A stretch of DNA of 64,000 nucleotides, from the NCBI RefSeq assembly GCF_053078305.1, contig NZ_CP166879.1. The stretch is one strand, 5' to 3'. This document shows positions 51,024 through 60,591 of the stretch, one piece after another (the stretch's first letter is position 1; each line of letters opens with the position of its first letter). The position numbers were made by a program, and so were the translations under genes. The notes below the pieces were generated by a model. That model saw nothing but the letters and a program-made list of their open reading frames with translations. It searched no databases and was not told where the DNA came from.

Positions 51024-51911
51024 CTATTCACCGCGCAGAATCTGGCGGAAATGGGAAACCAACGGACGTTGGTTGGCTTTATGCCAGGCTGCCCATAATT
51101 GCGTTGAATAATTCATCCACGGCAATTCACGTAATACCACCCCTTCCGGCGCATTATGACGCAGACTATGTTGAATTAAGGCCAGACCTAATCCCGCAGC
51201 GACCAGACCTAATGCCGTGAGGGGTTCACCCGCTTCCAGGCGAATATCAGGATTAAACCCGGCGTTAACACAGGCGGCGACAAAATGATCGCGAGAATGC
51301 GCATCGTCGTTATGAATCACCGCAATCCACTGCTCATCGCCAAGTTGTGACGCGACAAGGTTTTCCTCCTGCGCCAGAGGATGATTTTGCGGTAAGGCCA
51401 ACAACATTCGATCATCCAGAACCTGAATATATTCCAGATCCTGCTCGCTGTCGGTGGGCGGCGTATCGACCAGAGAAAAATCGAGACTGCGCTGGCGCAG
51501 GCCTTCAATCTGGGTAGCCGGTGGTTGGCTGTAAAGTGCGATATGCACATTCGGACGCGATACACGTAACGTACGTAGCGCCGTAGAAAGCACACCGGAA
51601 TGCATGGCGTTTTCGATATAGCCAATACACAAGCCACCATCTTCCCCCCGTCCCAGGCGTTTGCCTAACGACTCCAGGCGGTTGGCGTGTGTCAGCAACG
51701 AACGTGTTTCGGCAAGGAATGTCTGTCCATCAGCGGTCAGGCGAATGCGCTGCTGATTACGCTCAAACAGCGTCAGCCCCAGTCGTTCTTCCAGTTGTGC
51801 AATCTGGCGGCTCAGCGGCGATTGCGAGATATGTAATCGCTCGGCTGCGCGTCCCACGTGCTCTTCTTCTGCGACCACCACGAAGTACTTCAGTTGGCGT
51901 AAATCAATCAT
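51024..51911 (-). CDS. LysR-family transcriptional regulator
   Basis: Track ORF 51024..52004; probable start at internal ATG giving MIDLRQLKYFVVVAEEEHVGRAAERLHISQSPLSRQIAQLE (classic LysR HTH); divergent from the oxidoreductase genes. Confidence 0.85.
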   Translation of the reverse strand: MIDLRQLKYFVVVAEEEHVGRAAERLHISQSPLSRQIAQLEERLGLTLFERNQQRIRLTADGQTFLAETRSLLTHANRLESLGKRLGRGEDGGLCIGYIENAMHSGVLSTALRTLRVSRPNVHIALYSQPPATQIEGLRQRSLDFSLVDTPPTDSEQDLEYIQVLDDRMLLALPQNHPLAQEENLVASQLGDEQWIAVIHNDDAHSRDHFVAACVNAGFNPDIRLEAGEPLTALGLVAAGLGLALIQHSLRHNAPEGVVLRELPWMNYSTQLWAAWHKANQRPLVSHFRQILRGE

Positions 51912-52044
51912 GTTAGACCTCAAAGGACTTAAGTCAGACGAATTATGTCCTATCAAGTCACAACCTCGCAAGGTATTGTGATCCACGTCACAGGGCGATA
52001 GCAAAAAAACGCCCTAACCCAAACCGAATAATTGAGGACATCTT

Positions 52045-53055
52045 ATGAGCATTAAAAATTTACTCCCCGGCAAAATTGGCTTAGGCGGCGCACCACTTGG
52101 CAACATGTTCCGTGCCATTCCGGAAGAAGAGGCCCACGCCACCGTGAGCGAAGCCTGGAACCTGGGTGTGCGTTACTTTGATACCGCGCCGCTGTACGGC
52201 TCTGGCCTTTCTGAAATCCGCATGGGTGAAGCGCTGTCTCAGTATCCACGCGATGAATACGTTCTGAGTAGCAAAGTCGGTCGCATCATGCTGGACGAAA
52301 TGGAAGATCCGGCAAAACGGGATTTCGGTGAAAAAGGTGGCCTGTTCGAACACGGCCTGAAAAACAAAATTCTGAATGACTACTCTGCTGACGCCACTCT
52401 GCGCTCGATTGAAGACAGCCTGAAACGCCTGAAAACAGACCGTCTGGATATTGTCTGGATCCACGACCCGGCGCAGGACTTCTACGGTGACAGCTGGCTG
52501 GAGCAGTTCAACATTGCCCGTACCGGTGCATTTCGTGCGCTGACGCGTTTGCGTGACGAAGGTGTGATTAAAGCCTGGGGACTGGGTGTGAACCGCGTCG
52601 AACCTTGCGAACTGACGCTGGCGCTGGACGAACCGAAGCCGGATGCGTTCCTGCTGGCGGGGCGTTATTCCCTGCTGGATCACGAACGTGCGCTGCAACG
52701 CCTGATGCCAGAAGCACTGGAACAGAACGTGGATATCGTTGTGGGCGGTCCATACAGCTCTGGCGTACTGGCAGGCGGCGAGCACTTTGAATATCAGAAA
52801 GCCTCTGCGGCCATCCAGCAGAAAGTGGCGCAAATTAACGCCATTGCCACACGTTTCAATGTGAACGTTAAAGCGGCTGCGCTGCAGTTCGCGCTGGCAA
52901 ACCCGGCCGTTGCAGCGGTTATTCCTGGCTCCAGCCGTCCTGGTCGTATGGCAGAAGATCTGGCTGCACTGAATGCGCCTGTTCCGGCTGAATTCTGGGC
53001 AGAAATGCGCCGTCAAAATCTGGTTGCGGAAAACGCTCCGCTGCCGACCCGTTAA
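52045..53055 (+). CDS. Aldo-keto reductase family oxidoreductase
   Basis: 336-aa ORF with AKR-like GVRYFDTAPLYG and DIVWIHDP motifs; GAGGA ribosome-binding site upstream. Confidence 0.85.
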   Translation: MSIKNLLPGKIGLGGAPLGNMFRAIPEEEAHATVSEAWNLGVRYFDTAPLYGSGLSEIRMGEALSQYPRDEYVLSSKVGRIMLDEMEDPAKRDFGEKGGLFEHGLKNKILNDYSADATLRSIEDSLKRLKTDRLDIVWIHDPAQDFYGDSWLEQFNIARTGAFRALTRLRDEGVIKAWGLGVNRVEPCELTLALDEPKPDAFLLAGRYSLLDHERALQRLMPEALEQNVDIVVGGPYSSGVLAGGEHFEYQKASAAIQQKVAQINAIATRFNVNVKAAALQFALANPAVAAVIPGSSRPGRMAEDLAALNAPVPAEFWAEMRRQNLVAENAPLPTR

Positions 53056-53074
53056 TCAACCAGGTGAGAAAACG

Positions 53075-53872
53075 ATGAAACTGGATCTGACAGGTAAAGT
53101 CGCGGTGGTCAGCGGCTCAACCTCCGGCATTGGGCAGGGTATCGCCGCCGGACTGGCAAAAGCAGGCGCAACGGTGGTTGTCGTCGGCCGTAAACAGAGC
53201 GGCGTTGATGACGCCATGGCTGCGATTGCGGCACAAACTCCCACAGCGTCACTGCGCGGCGTGGTGGCCGATCTCAGCACCGAAGACGGCGTGGCTGCGC
53301 TGATCGCTGCAGTCCCAACGGCTGATGTGCTGGTCAATAATCTGGGCATTTTTAACGATAAAGATTTCTTTAGCGTTCCGGATGATGAGTGGATGCACTT
53401 CTATAACGTCAACGTCCTCTCCGGCGTTCGTCTGGCGCGTCACTATGCGCCAGGCATGACGGAACAGGGCTGGGGGCGGATTATCTTTGTCTCGTCCGAA
53501 TCCGGCGTGGCAATCCCTGGCGACATGATCAACTACGGCGTCACCAAAGCCGCGAATCTGGCGGTTTCTCATGGTCTGGCGAAACGACTGGCGGGGACCG
53601 GTGTGACCGTCAACGCCATTCTGCCAGGGCCAACCTTTACCGATGGCCTGAAAGAGATGCTGGCGGATGCCGCTGCACAATCGGGACGCAGTGCGCGTGA
53701 ACAGGCCGATGAATTTGTTAAAACCTCGCGTCCGAGCTCCATCATCCAGCGTGCGGCAGATGTGGAAGAAGTGGCGAATCTGGCGGTTTATCTCGCGTCA
53801 CCGCTTTCCTCGGCAACCACAGGGGCAGCCCTGCGCGTCGATGGCGGCGTCGTCGACACCCTGACAATGTAA
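53075..53872 (+). CDS. Short-chain dehydrogenase/reductase (SDR) family oxidoreductase
   Basis: Internal start MKLDLTGKVAVVSGSTSGIGQGIA (TGxxxGxG) within track ORF 52973..53872; YGVTKAA catalytic motif; ribosome-binding site present. Confidence 0.85.
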   Translation: MKLDLTGKVAVVSGSTSGIGQGIAAGLAKAGATVVVVGRKQSGVDDAMAAIAAQTPTASLRGVVADLSTEDGVAALIAAVPTADVLVNNLGIFNDKDFFSVPDDEWMHFYNVNVLSGVRLARHYAPGMTEQGWGRIIFVSSESGVAIPGDMINYGVTKAANLAVSHGLAKRLAGTGVTVNAILPGPTFTDGLKEMLADAAAQSGRSAREQADEFVKTSRPSSIIQRAADVEEVANLAVYLASPLSSATTGAALRVDGGVVDTLTM

Positions 53873-53897
53873 CCCTATAAATTAAGAGAAAATTATC

Positions 53898-54314
53898 ATG
53901 GCTAAAACAACTGTATCGATCGAAATTCCGGCTTCTGGCGACGCCGTATGGCAATTGATGGGCGGCTTTGATGCGCTGCCAGACTGGCTACCATTCATCC
54001 CGAAAAGCGTGGTGACAGAAGGCGGTCGCGTTCGTTCGCTGACAACCTCTGACGGCGGCACTGTGGTTGAACGTCTGGAAGCGTTTGATAACCGTCAACG
54101 CAGTTATACCTATTCCATTATTCAGGCACCGTTCCCGGTGGTGGATTACCTCTCCACCATTACCGTTCATGAAACCGCCGACAGCCAGGTTTCCCGTGTG
54201 GAATGGTTCGGTGAATTCACCCCGGTGAATGTGACGAACGAAGAGGCCGAGGCGCTGTTTACCGGCATCTATCGGGATGGACTCAAGGCGCTTAAGGACA
54301 ACTTTGTTGCCTGA
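53898..54314 (+). CDS. Small START/Bet v1-like (SRPBCC-type) protein of unknown function
   Basis: 138-aa ORF 25 nt after the SDR gene; family assignment is tentative. Confidence 0.6.
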   Translation: MAKTTVSIEIPASGDAVWQLMGGFDALPDWLPFIPKSVVTEGGRVRSLTTSDGGTVVERLEAFDNRQRSYTYSIIQAPFPVVDYLSTITVHETADSQVSRVEWFGEFTPVNVTNEEAEALFTGIYRDGLKALKDNFVA

Positions 54315-54471
54315 TGCGATCGACAGGCGTCGGCACGTCCGGCGTCTGATTATTAACAAAAACAGAATAGTCTATTGTCATTTGTATCATTTATGTTATC
54401 AGACAGCAGGCGTATTCTCTCCCCATCGCGTTAATAAACGCCAAACAATTAAGACACTCTGGAATATAAAC

Positions 54472-54684
54472 ATGAAAACGATCATCGCAATTTTTACCGC
54501 TTCTCTTTTCTCTGTCGCGGCGTTTAACGCATCGGCGCAAAGCGTGACAGCAACCGGTACAACACTGGATTCCGCTGAAGCGGTTATTGCGCAGAAAGCG
54601 AAAGAGATGAACGCCTCTGAATACAAAATTACCAGCGCTCGCATGGGCAATACCGTCACCATGAGTGCCGAACTGTATAAATAA
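54472..54684 (+). CDS. Small secreted stress-type protein (YdgH/BhsA/McbA-like, DUF1471)
   Basis: Internal start MKTIIAIFTASLFSVAAFNASAQ (signal peptide) then ...SEYKITSARMGNTVTMSAELYK, characteristic of the family; 70 aa. Confidence 0.7.
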   Translation: MKTIIAIFTASLFSVAAFNASAQSVTATGTTLDSAEAVIAQKAKEMNASEYKITSARMGNTVTMSAELYK

Positions 54685-54732
54685 TCGCGCGAGGAACCCA
54701 TTACGTAATTTGCTAAATATGCGCTGAATGCG

Positions 54733-55039
54733 TTGCCATTAATAAACCGTATTGTACTGCCACCGATGACGCGTTCCCGCGCCGGTGCGGGTGACGTTGC
54801 GATTGGCATGATGGCGGAGTATTACGCGCAGCGCGCCAGTGCTGGACTTATCATCAGCGAAGGTACGCAAATCAGCAGAATCGCTGCGCATAATTTTCCA
54901 CGGCACGCTGATTTACTCCGGTAAATACACCAAAGCGCGCGCCGAACAGGCGCTGGCTAACGGCTGGTCGGATCTGATTGGTTTTGGTCGTCCGTATAGT
55001 GCCAGGAGCGGAAGTTGTCGAAGGGTCATAAAGAGCTAA
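54733..55039 (+). pseudogene. Remnant of an Old Yellow Enzyme-type NADH:flavin oxidoreductase (NemA-like), internally deleted and frameshifted
   Basis: Frame 1 (54733..54924) MPLINRIVLPPMTRSRAG...MAEYYAQRASAGLIISEGTQIS resembles the OYE N-terminus; a second frame (54839..55039) ...GKYTKARAEQALANGWSDLIGFGRPY resembles the OYE C-terminus; the ~300 central residues are missing. Confidence 0.6.
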
Positions 55040-55315
55040 ACCCCGGCATTGCTTCTCAGCTGTTTATAGCCGTTCCTGGGTACAAGTGAGCACTAAGGCG
55101 AGCATTGTTATAATCACCAACCAATCACTAGTTGTGTACAAATTCTGACCGCAAAGCGAACTCTCCGGCATGCAGGTTGGAGAAAGCACAGTTGACCTAA
55201 AATGCTCCTCCAGCCAGAAACAAAAGGTGGCCGATAATTCGAAAGCAAAAAAAGATAAAGCAGGGAATGTGCCCGCAAATTCTTAATCATATAGCCAAAC
55301 CGAGCAGCGTATGAT

Positions 55316-55345
55316 ATCCAGCCCTGATACGGGCTGGATATTAAA
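55316..55345. terminator. Perfect palindromic hairpin
   Basis: ATATCCAGCCC-TGATAC-GGGCTGGATAT followed by TAAATTTTCG; just 3' of the lipoprotein gene stop and at the end of an ORF-free ~300 bp. Confidence 0.4.
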
Positions 55346-55355
55346 TTTTCGCCGG

Positions 55356-55823
55356 TCAGTTATCGCAATGACCTGGCACTGCTAACTTAACTTCAGGTTT
55401 AGAAACGACGCGGATACCTTCGCTTTCGGATACCTGTTCAAGTCCAGCCCCACCAACAAAAACGCCCATTTTGATGTACTGGCGAACAAAGTAGTTTTTC
55501 CCGGACGTGACATTGAGTGTCAGATTATTAGGTGAAAACTCGGATTCAGTTCCCAGCGTATGTGGTTGGCTGGTCGATATTTGCTGATAGAAAAAGACTC
55601 TGTCAGCCGTTTCACCAAGACAACGGCCGTCAAGATAAACATCCTTTTTTAACGCTTTACCAACAAAGCTGTCTCTGTAAACGTATAGACCGGCTTTGCC
55701 ATTTTCCGGGACCGGGAAAGACTTAGCTGTCTCGTTTTCAGCATTACTGCCCAGAGGAACCGACGCACACCCCCCCAGAAGCACTGAGGAAATAATGACT
55801 GCGCCAAATAAAATTTTATTCAT
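55356..55823 (-). CDS. Putative lipoprotein
   Basis: 155-aa ORF with lipobox (VLLGGCAS) after signal peptide. Confidence 0.75.
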   Translation of the reverse strand: MNKILFGAVIISSVLLGGCASVPLGSNAENETAKSFPVPENGKAGLYVYRDSFVGKALKKDVYLDGRCLGETADRVFFYQQISTSQPHTLGTESEFSPNNLTLNVTSGKNYFVRQYIKMGVFVGGAGLEQVSESEGIRVVSKPEVKLAVPGHCDN

Positions 55824-56161
55824 TGAATTCTCATGGAGTTAAGAAAATCGCCAAATGAGAATAAACTTATTTTACACTTATGTCATTAAAGGAGGCATTG
55901 CTTCACAACAACATCAATGTTCATCCCGGAACCGTCCACTTCCGCTTCTCGCTCAAAACGGACTGTCATATTTGATTGCATTCTGGCTACGCAACCGGTC
56001 GGTTGGAGTATGAAGTTGCTCACGAATAGCCTTAGCATCCGCAATTTCGTAGCGGGTCACCCGTACAGGTTCTTTCTAATCTCGACAGCCTCTTCCAGAG
56101 AGGTTTTCAACTCATCAAAAAAACTCATTTTATACCTCGCCTTTGAGCAGTTTCATCACGG

Positions 56162-57394
56162 TTATCTCTGCTCCCCCATCATCTCCCGCACCAGCTCCAC
56201 GCAGCGCAGGAAACGGCTGTCGTAATCTTCCTCTTCAACCCGCACAAATTCGATATTGTTCTCTTCCAGCATCTCCACCAGCAGATTCTGGAACTCTTTA
56301 CGATCCACCGAACTGCCGAGGCTGCGTAAACCATCCGCCACCCACGGCGTGTTGTTCTCCAGCAGGATCACCAGATCGAAACGGTATTCATCAATCAGCG
56401 CCTGCACGAACGGATGTTCCCGCCCTTCGTACTTTTTGCAGAACGCCTGAGTGGTGACAAAATCGGTATCGATAAATGCCACTTTATTGGCATATTTCAC
56501 CGCAAAATCAATGTATTGAGCGTGGCCCAGCGCGATTTTATCGTAGTCAGAATACTGCAATGCGATCTCATCACCGCCGAGGTGTGAAAAGACATAATCG
56601 CGGCCATATTCCCACGCACTGGTGGTGTTGAAGATATTGGCAAGTTTGTTTACCAGGGTGGATTTACCGCTCGACTCGCCGCCAAGGATCGCCACGGTAC
56701 GCACAAAAAACGGCTTCACTTCGGTAGGAATATATTCCCAGTAGCGGAACGGGTTTTCGCGGATCTGCGCACCGCTGATACTCATAAAGGTACGTTTCGG
56801 ATCGACCAGCACCGTCTCGATCCCCAGATGTTCCATATACTGTGGCGCATCGGCTTCTTCCGAGGTGTAGATCAGATCCGGCTGGATCCCTTTTTCAGCC
56901 ATAAACTTTTTGATACCGTTGCTCCACACATCCCAGCCGTGCGGATACGGCTCCATGCCCTCTTCGTTGAAAGCATGAATGCGAATATTTTTCTGATATT
57001 TAAAAGTTTGCAATAACCAGCGCAGACGATCCGGCACGGTCGGCTGCTGCGACATGGCACTGTCTTCGAACAACGCGCGGTCACGGGTATCGTCAAAACC
57101 CATAATGATATGCAGCTCGTCAACCTGGCTACAGGCGCGCTGGATAAGGTAGATATGTCCGGTATGCAGTGGGTAGAACTTACCGAATACGACACCGATC
57201 GTTTTCTTCTGCCGGGGAAACTCAAGCCCCAAAAAACGGTGCAACGCCTCCAGCTTTTGCGCGCTGGGGCTTTTAATTTTGGCATTCAGTAACTGGCTTA
57301 AATACCCTTTGGTCATACCGCTGGCATCAGCTACCTGCTGTAGCGTGCAGCCCTGTTGCTTGATGGCAGTTTTCAGGTAATCAAATGACGACAT
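56162..57394 (-). CDS. nadR: Trifunctional NAD biosynthesis/regulator protein NadR
   Basis: Track ORF 56162..57415; accepted 410-aa NadR starts at MSSFDYLKTAIKQQGCTLQQVADASGMTKGYLSQL. Confidence 0.95.
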   Translation of the reverse strand: MSSFDYLKTAIKQQGCTLQQVADASGMTKGYLSQLLNAKIKSPSAQKLEALHRFLGLEFPRQKKTIGVVFGKFYPLHTGHIYLIQRACSQVDELHIIMGFDDTRDRALFEDSAMSQQPTVPDRLRWLLQTFKYQKNIRIHAFNEEGMEPYPHGWDVWSNGIKKFMAEKGIQPDLIYTSEEADAPQYMEHLGIETVLVDPKRTFMSISGAQIRENPFRYWEYIPTEVKPFFVRTVAILGGESSGKSTLVNKLANIFNTTSAWEYGRDYVFSHLGGDEIALQYSDYDKIALGHAQYIDFAVKYANKVAFIDTDFVTTQAFCKKYEGREHPFVQALIDEYRFDLVILLENNTPWVADGLRSLGSSVDRKEFQNLLVEMLEENNIEFVRVEEEDYDSRFLRCVELVREMMGEQR

Positions 57395-57414
57395 ATCTCC
57401 CTCCGTATTTCTCA

Positions 57415-58797
57415 TTATAAGTCGTCGAACACGCTAAGCGCGTCGGAGAGTTTTTTAACGCCAAAAATCTGCATCCCTTCCGGCGCTTTTTTCGGTACGT
57501 TAGCCGCCGGAACAATCGCCCGACGAAAACCGTGTTTCGCCGCTTCAGAGATTCGTTCCTGACCGCTGGGCACCGGGCGGATCTCCCCTGCCAGCCCGAC
57601 TTCACCAAACACCACCAGATCCTGCGGTAGCGGTCTGTCACGCAGGCTGGAAACCATCGCCAGCAGTAACGCTAAGTCGGCGCTGGTTTCGGTTACCTTC
57701 ACGCCGCCGACCACGTTCACAAACACATCCTGATCGGCCATTTGCAGACCACCGTGACGGTGCAAGACAGCCAGCAGGATTGCCAGACGGTTTTGTTCCA
57801 GCCCCACTGCCACGCGGCGCGGATTCGCCATCATCGAGTGATCGACCAGCGCCTGGATCTCCACCAGCAGTGGACGCGTTCCTTCCCATACCACCATCAC
57901 TGAACTACCAGAGGTCACTTCATCGCCACGGCTTAAAAAGATTGCCGAAGGATTGCTGACTTCACGCAGCCCCTGTTCGGTCATCGCGAAGACGCCCAGC
58001 TCATTCACCGCGCCGAAGCGGTTTTTATGGCTGCGCAAGGTGCGAAAACGGGAGTCGGCATCGCCATCCAAAAGCACCGAACAGTCGATACAGTGTTCCA
58101 GCACTTTCGGGCCAGCCAGCGAACCATCTTTGGTTACGTGCCCCACCATGACAATCGCCACACCGCGCGTTTTGGCGAAGCGTGTCAAATAAGCCGCCGT
58201 TTCACGCACCTGCGCCACGCTACCAGGCGATGACTGTACATCCGCCATATGCATCACCTGGATCGAGTCAATTACCATCAGCTTCGGTTGCTCTTCTTCG
58301 GCAATCAGGCAGATCTGCTCGATGCTGGTTTCCGACAACATATTGAGATTGTCAGTCGGCAGGCCAAGGCGATGAGCGCGCATTGCCACCTGTTGCAGCG
58401 ACTCTTCGCCGGTGACATACAGCGTTTTCATCTGCTGCGCCAGTTTGCACAGCGTTTGCAGCAACAGCGTGGATTTCCCCGCACCAGGGTTACCGCCAAT
58501 CAGAATGGCACTTCCTGGCACCACGCCGCCGCCTAGTACGCGGTCGAACTCTTTAAATCCGGTGGAAAAACGCGGCAGCTCTTCAAGGCTGATATCGGAG
58601 AGTTTCTGGACTTTTGCCACCCCGGCGCTACCGGCATAGCCGCTGAGACGCTCGTTACGCGCCACCGTTGGCGACGCAGCAAGACGCACCTCGGTGATGG
58701 TGTTCCAGGCATGACAGGCACTGCACTGCCCCTGCCAGCGCGGATAATCGGCCCCGCATTCATTACAAACAAAGGCGCGTTTTGGAGCTTTTGCCAC
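57415..58797 (-). CDS. radA: DNA repair protein RadA (Sms)
   Basis: Track ORF 57415..58845; accepted 460-aa product starts at the internal codon translated V in VAKAPKRAFVCNECGADYPRWQGQC (non-ATG start inferred); Walker A GNPGAGKST. Confidence 0.94.
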   Translation of the reverse strand: MAKAPKRAFVCNECGADYPRWQGQCSACHAWNTITEVRLAASPTVARNERLSGYAGSAGVAKVQKLSDISLEELPRFSTGFKEFDRVLGGGVVPGSAILIGGNPGAGKSTLLLQTLCKLAQQMKTLYVTGEESLQQVAMRAHRLGLPTDNLNMLSETSIEQICLIAEEEQPKLMVIDSIQVMHMADVQSSPGSVAQVRETAAYLTRFAKTRGVAIVMVGHVTKDGSLAGPKVLEHCIDCSVLLDGDADSRFRTLRSHKNRFGAVNELGVFAMTEQGLREVSNPSAIFLSRGDEVTSGSSVMVVWEGTRPLLVEIQALVDHSMMANPRRVAVGLEQNRLAILLAVLHRHGGLQMADQDVFVNVVGGVKVTETSADLALLLAMVSSLRDRPLPQDLVVFGEVGLAGEIRPVPSGQERISEAAKHGFRRAIVPAANVPKKAPEGMQIFGVKKLSDALSVFDDL

Positions 58798-58845
58798 GGT
58801 GTACCTCGTTAATGCTGTGCCGCCCGCAGGATGGCGGGCGAGCAA

Positions 58846-59814
58846 TTACTTCTGATTCAGGCTGCCTGAGAGGATGCAGAATACCCCCATCAGGTCAGCG
58901 TGACGGATGGTGACTTCCGCCTTTTCATTCACTTTTGGCTTGGCATGGTAGGCAATCCCCAGCCCTGCCGCTTTGATCATCGGCAGGTCATTGGCTCCAT
59001 CGCCAATCGCCACGGTCTGCGCCAGCGGGATTTCATACTCCTGCGCGAGGCGAGTCAGAGTTTTCGCTTTGTACTGCGCGTCTACGATGTCGCCGATCAC
59101 ATTGCCGGTAAATTTACCGTCCATGATCTCCAGTTCATTGGCTACCACGGCTGTCAGGCGCAGCTTCTCGCGCAGGTATTCAGCAAAGAAAGTAAAGCCG
59201 CCGGAGGCAATCGCCACTTTCCAGCCCAGCGTTTCCAGCTTGAGCACCAGTTGCGTTAAGCCTGGCATCAGCGGCAGATTTTCACGCACCTGTTGCAGAA
59301 TATTGGCGTCAGCGCCTTTCAGCGTCGCCACGCGGCTGCGCAGGCTGGCGGTAAAATCGAGTTCGCCGCGCATCGCCCGTTCGGTTACTTCCGCCACCAT
59401 CTCGCCCGTTCCGGCCAGTTTGGCAATTTCATCAATACATTCAATCTGGATGGCGGTGGAATCCATGTCCATCACCAGCAAACCCGGCGTGCGCAGGTGC
59501 GGGATTTTCCCCAGCGGGGCGACATCCAGCTGCGCTTCGTGGGCCAGGCGTGTAGCCCGTGCGGTGAGTGAACCTGCCAGACGAATCACCTGATAATCTT
59601 CCACGCACCAGGCGGCAACAATCACCATCGCCGCACCCAGTTTGCTCTGGTATTGGGTCAGACGTTGTTTATCCAGCCCACGACCATACAGCAGCCAGCC
59701 GCTACGACCTGCGTGGTAATCCAGTGGCATCACTTCATCACCACTTAATGAAAGAGGCAGACCCGGCCATAAAGAGACATCTTCAGGCAGGTCGCACCAG
59801 GTAATGTTAGGCAT
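58846..59814 (-). CDS. serB: Phosphoserine phosphatase
   Basis: Track ORF 58846..59901; accepted 322-aa SerB starts at internal MPNITWCDLPEDVSLW; HAD motif LLVMDMDST. Confidence 0.95.
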   Translation of the reverse strand: MPNITWCDLPEDVSLWPGLPLSLSGDEVMPLDYHAGRSGWLLYGRGLDKQRLTQYQSKLGAAMVIVAAWCVEDYQVIRLAGSLTARATRLAHEAQLDVAPLGKIPHLRTPGLLVMDMDSTAIQIECIDEIAKLAGTGEMVAEVTERAMRGELDFTASLRSRVATLKGADANILQQVRENLPLMPGLTQLVLKLETLGWKVAIASGGFTFFAEYLREKLRLTAVVANELEIMDGKFTGNVIGDIVDAQYKAKTLTRLAQEYEIPLAQTVAIGDGANDLPMIKAAGLGIAYHAKPKVNEKAEVTIRHADLMGVFCILSGSLNQK

Positions 59815-59919
59815 TAAGGCTCCTGTAAAATCGTTCGAAGCAGGGAAAATAACGCATGAGGCTACCTTGTATCCATTGCTTCTGGCAACATTAAGTCTCA
59901 AATTTTCAAAGGGTGGAAG

Positions 59920-60564
59920 ATGGCTCGCACAAAACTGAAATTCCGGCTACATCGGGCAGTGATTGTCCTGTTCTGTCTTGCCTTGTTAGTGGCACTGATG
60001 CAGGGGGCGTCATGGTTTAGTCAAAACCACCAGCGACAGCGTAATCCACAGCTGGAAGAACTGGCCCGCACCCTGGCGCGTCAGGTGACGCTGAACGTTG
60101 CACCGCTGATGCGTACCGACTCACCGGATGAAAAACGCATTCAGGCGATCCTCGATCAGTTAACGGATGAAAGCCGTATCCTCGACGCGGGTGTGTATGA
60201 CGAACAAGGCGATCTTATCGCACGTTCTGGCGAAAGCGTCGAAGTGCGCGATCGGCTGGCGCTCGACGGTAAAAAAGCAGGCGGCTATTTTAACCAGCAG
60301 ATTGTCGAGCCAATTGCGGGTAAAAACGGACCGCTCGGCTATCTGCGCCTGACGCTCGACACCCATACGCTCGCCACCGAAGCCCAACAGGTGGATAACA
60401 CCACTAACATTTTACGCCTGATGTTGCTGCTCTCACTGGCAATCGGCGTAGTGCTGACCCGCACGCTGCTACAGGGTAAACGCACCCGCTGGCAGCAATC
60501 GCCCTTCCTGTTAACCGCCAGCAAACCGGTGCCGGAAGAGGAAGAAAGCGAGAAAAAAGAGTGA
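59920..60564 (+). CDS. ytjB: Membrane protein YtjB (Smp)
   Basis: 214-aa ORF MARTKLKFRLHRAVIVLFCLALLVALMQ... at the K-12 ytjB position. Confidence 0.92.
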   Translation: MARTKLKFRLHRAVIVLFCLALLVALMQGASWFSQNHQRQRNPQLEELARTLARQVTLNVAPLMRTDSPDEKRIQAILDQLTDESRILDAGVYDEQGDLIARSGESVEVRDRLALDGKKAGGYFNQQIVEPIAGKNGPLGYLRLTLDTHTLATEAQQVDNTTNILRLMLLLSLAIGVVLTRTLLQGKRTRWQQSPFLLTASKPVPEEEESEKKE

Positions 60565-60591
60565 CCCATTACTACAAGAAAGGAAATCGTT

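Noticed and set aside
52081-53016. 311-aa ORF on the minus strand overlapping the aldo-keto reductase gene
   Set aside because: The + strand frame carries recognisable AKR motifs and a ribosome-binding site; the minus frame is its antisense shadow.
55917-56457. + strand ORFs of 100-104 aa (55917..56225, 56143..56457) near the nadR 3' end
   Set aside because: They overlap the nadR coding region antisense or lie in junction DNA without a ribosome-binding site; Ser/Pro/Arg-rich composition typical of spurious frames.
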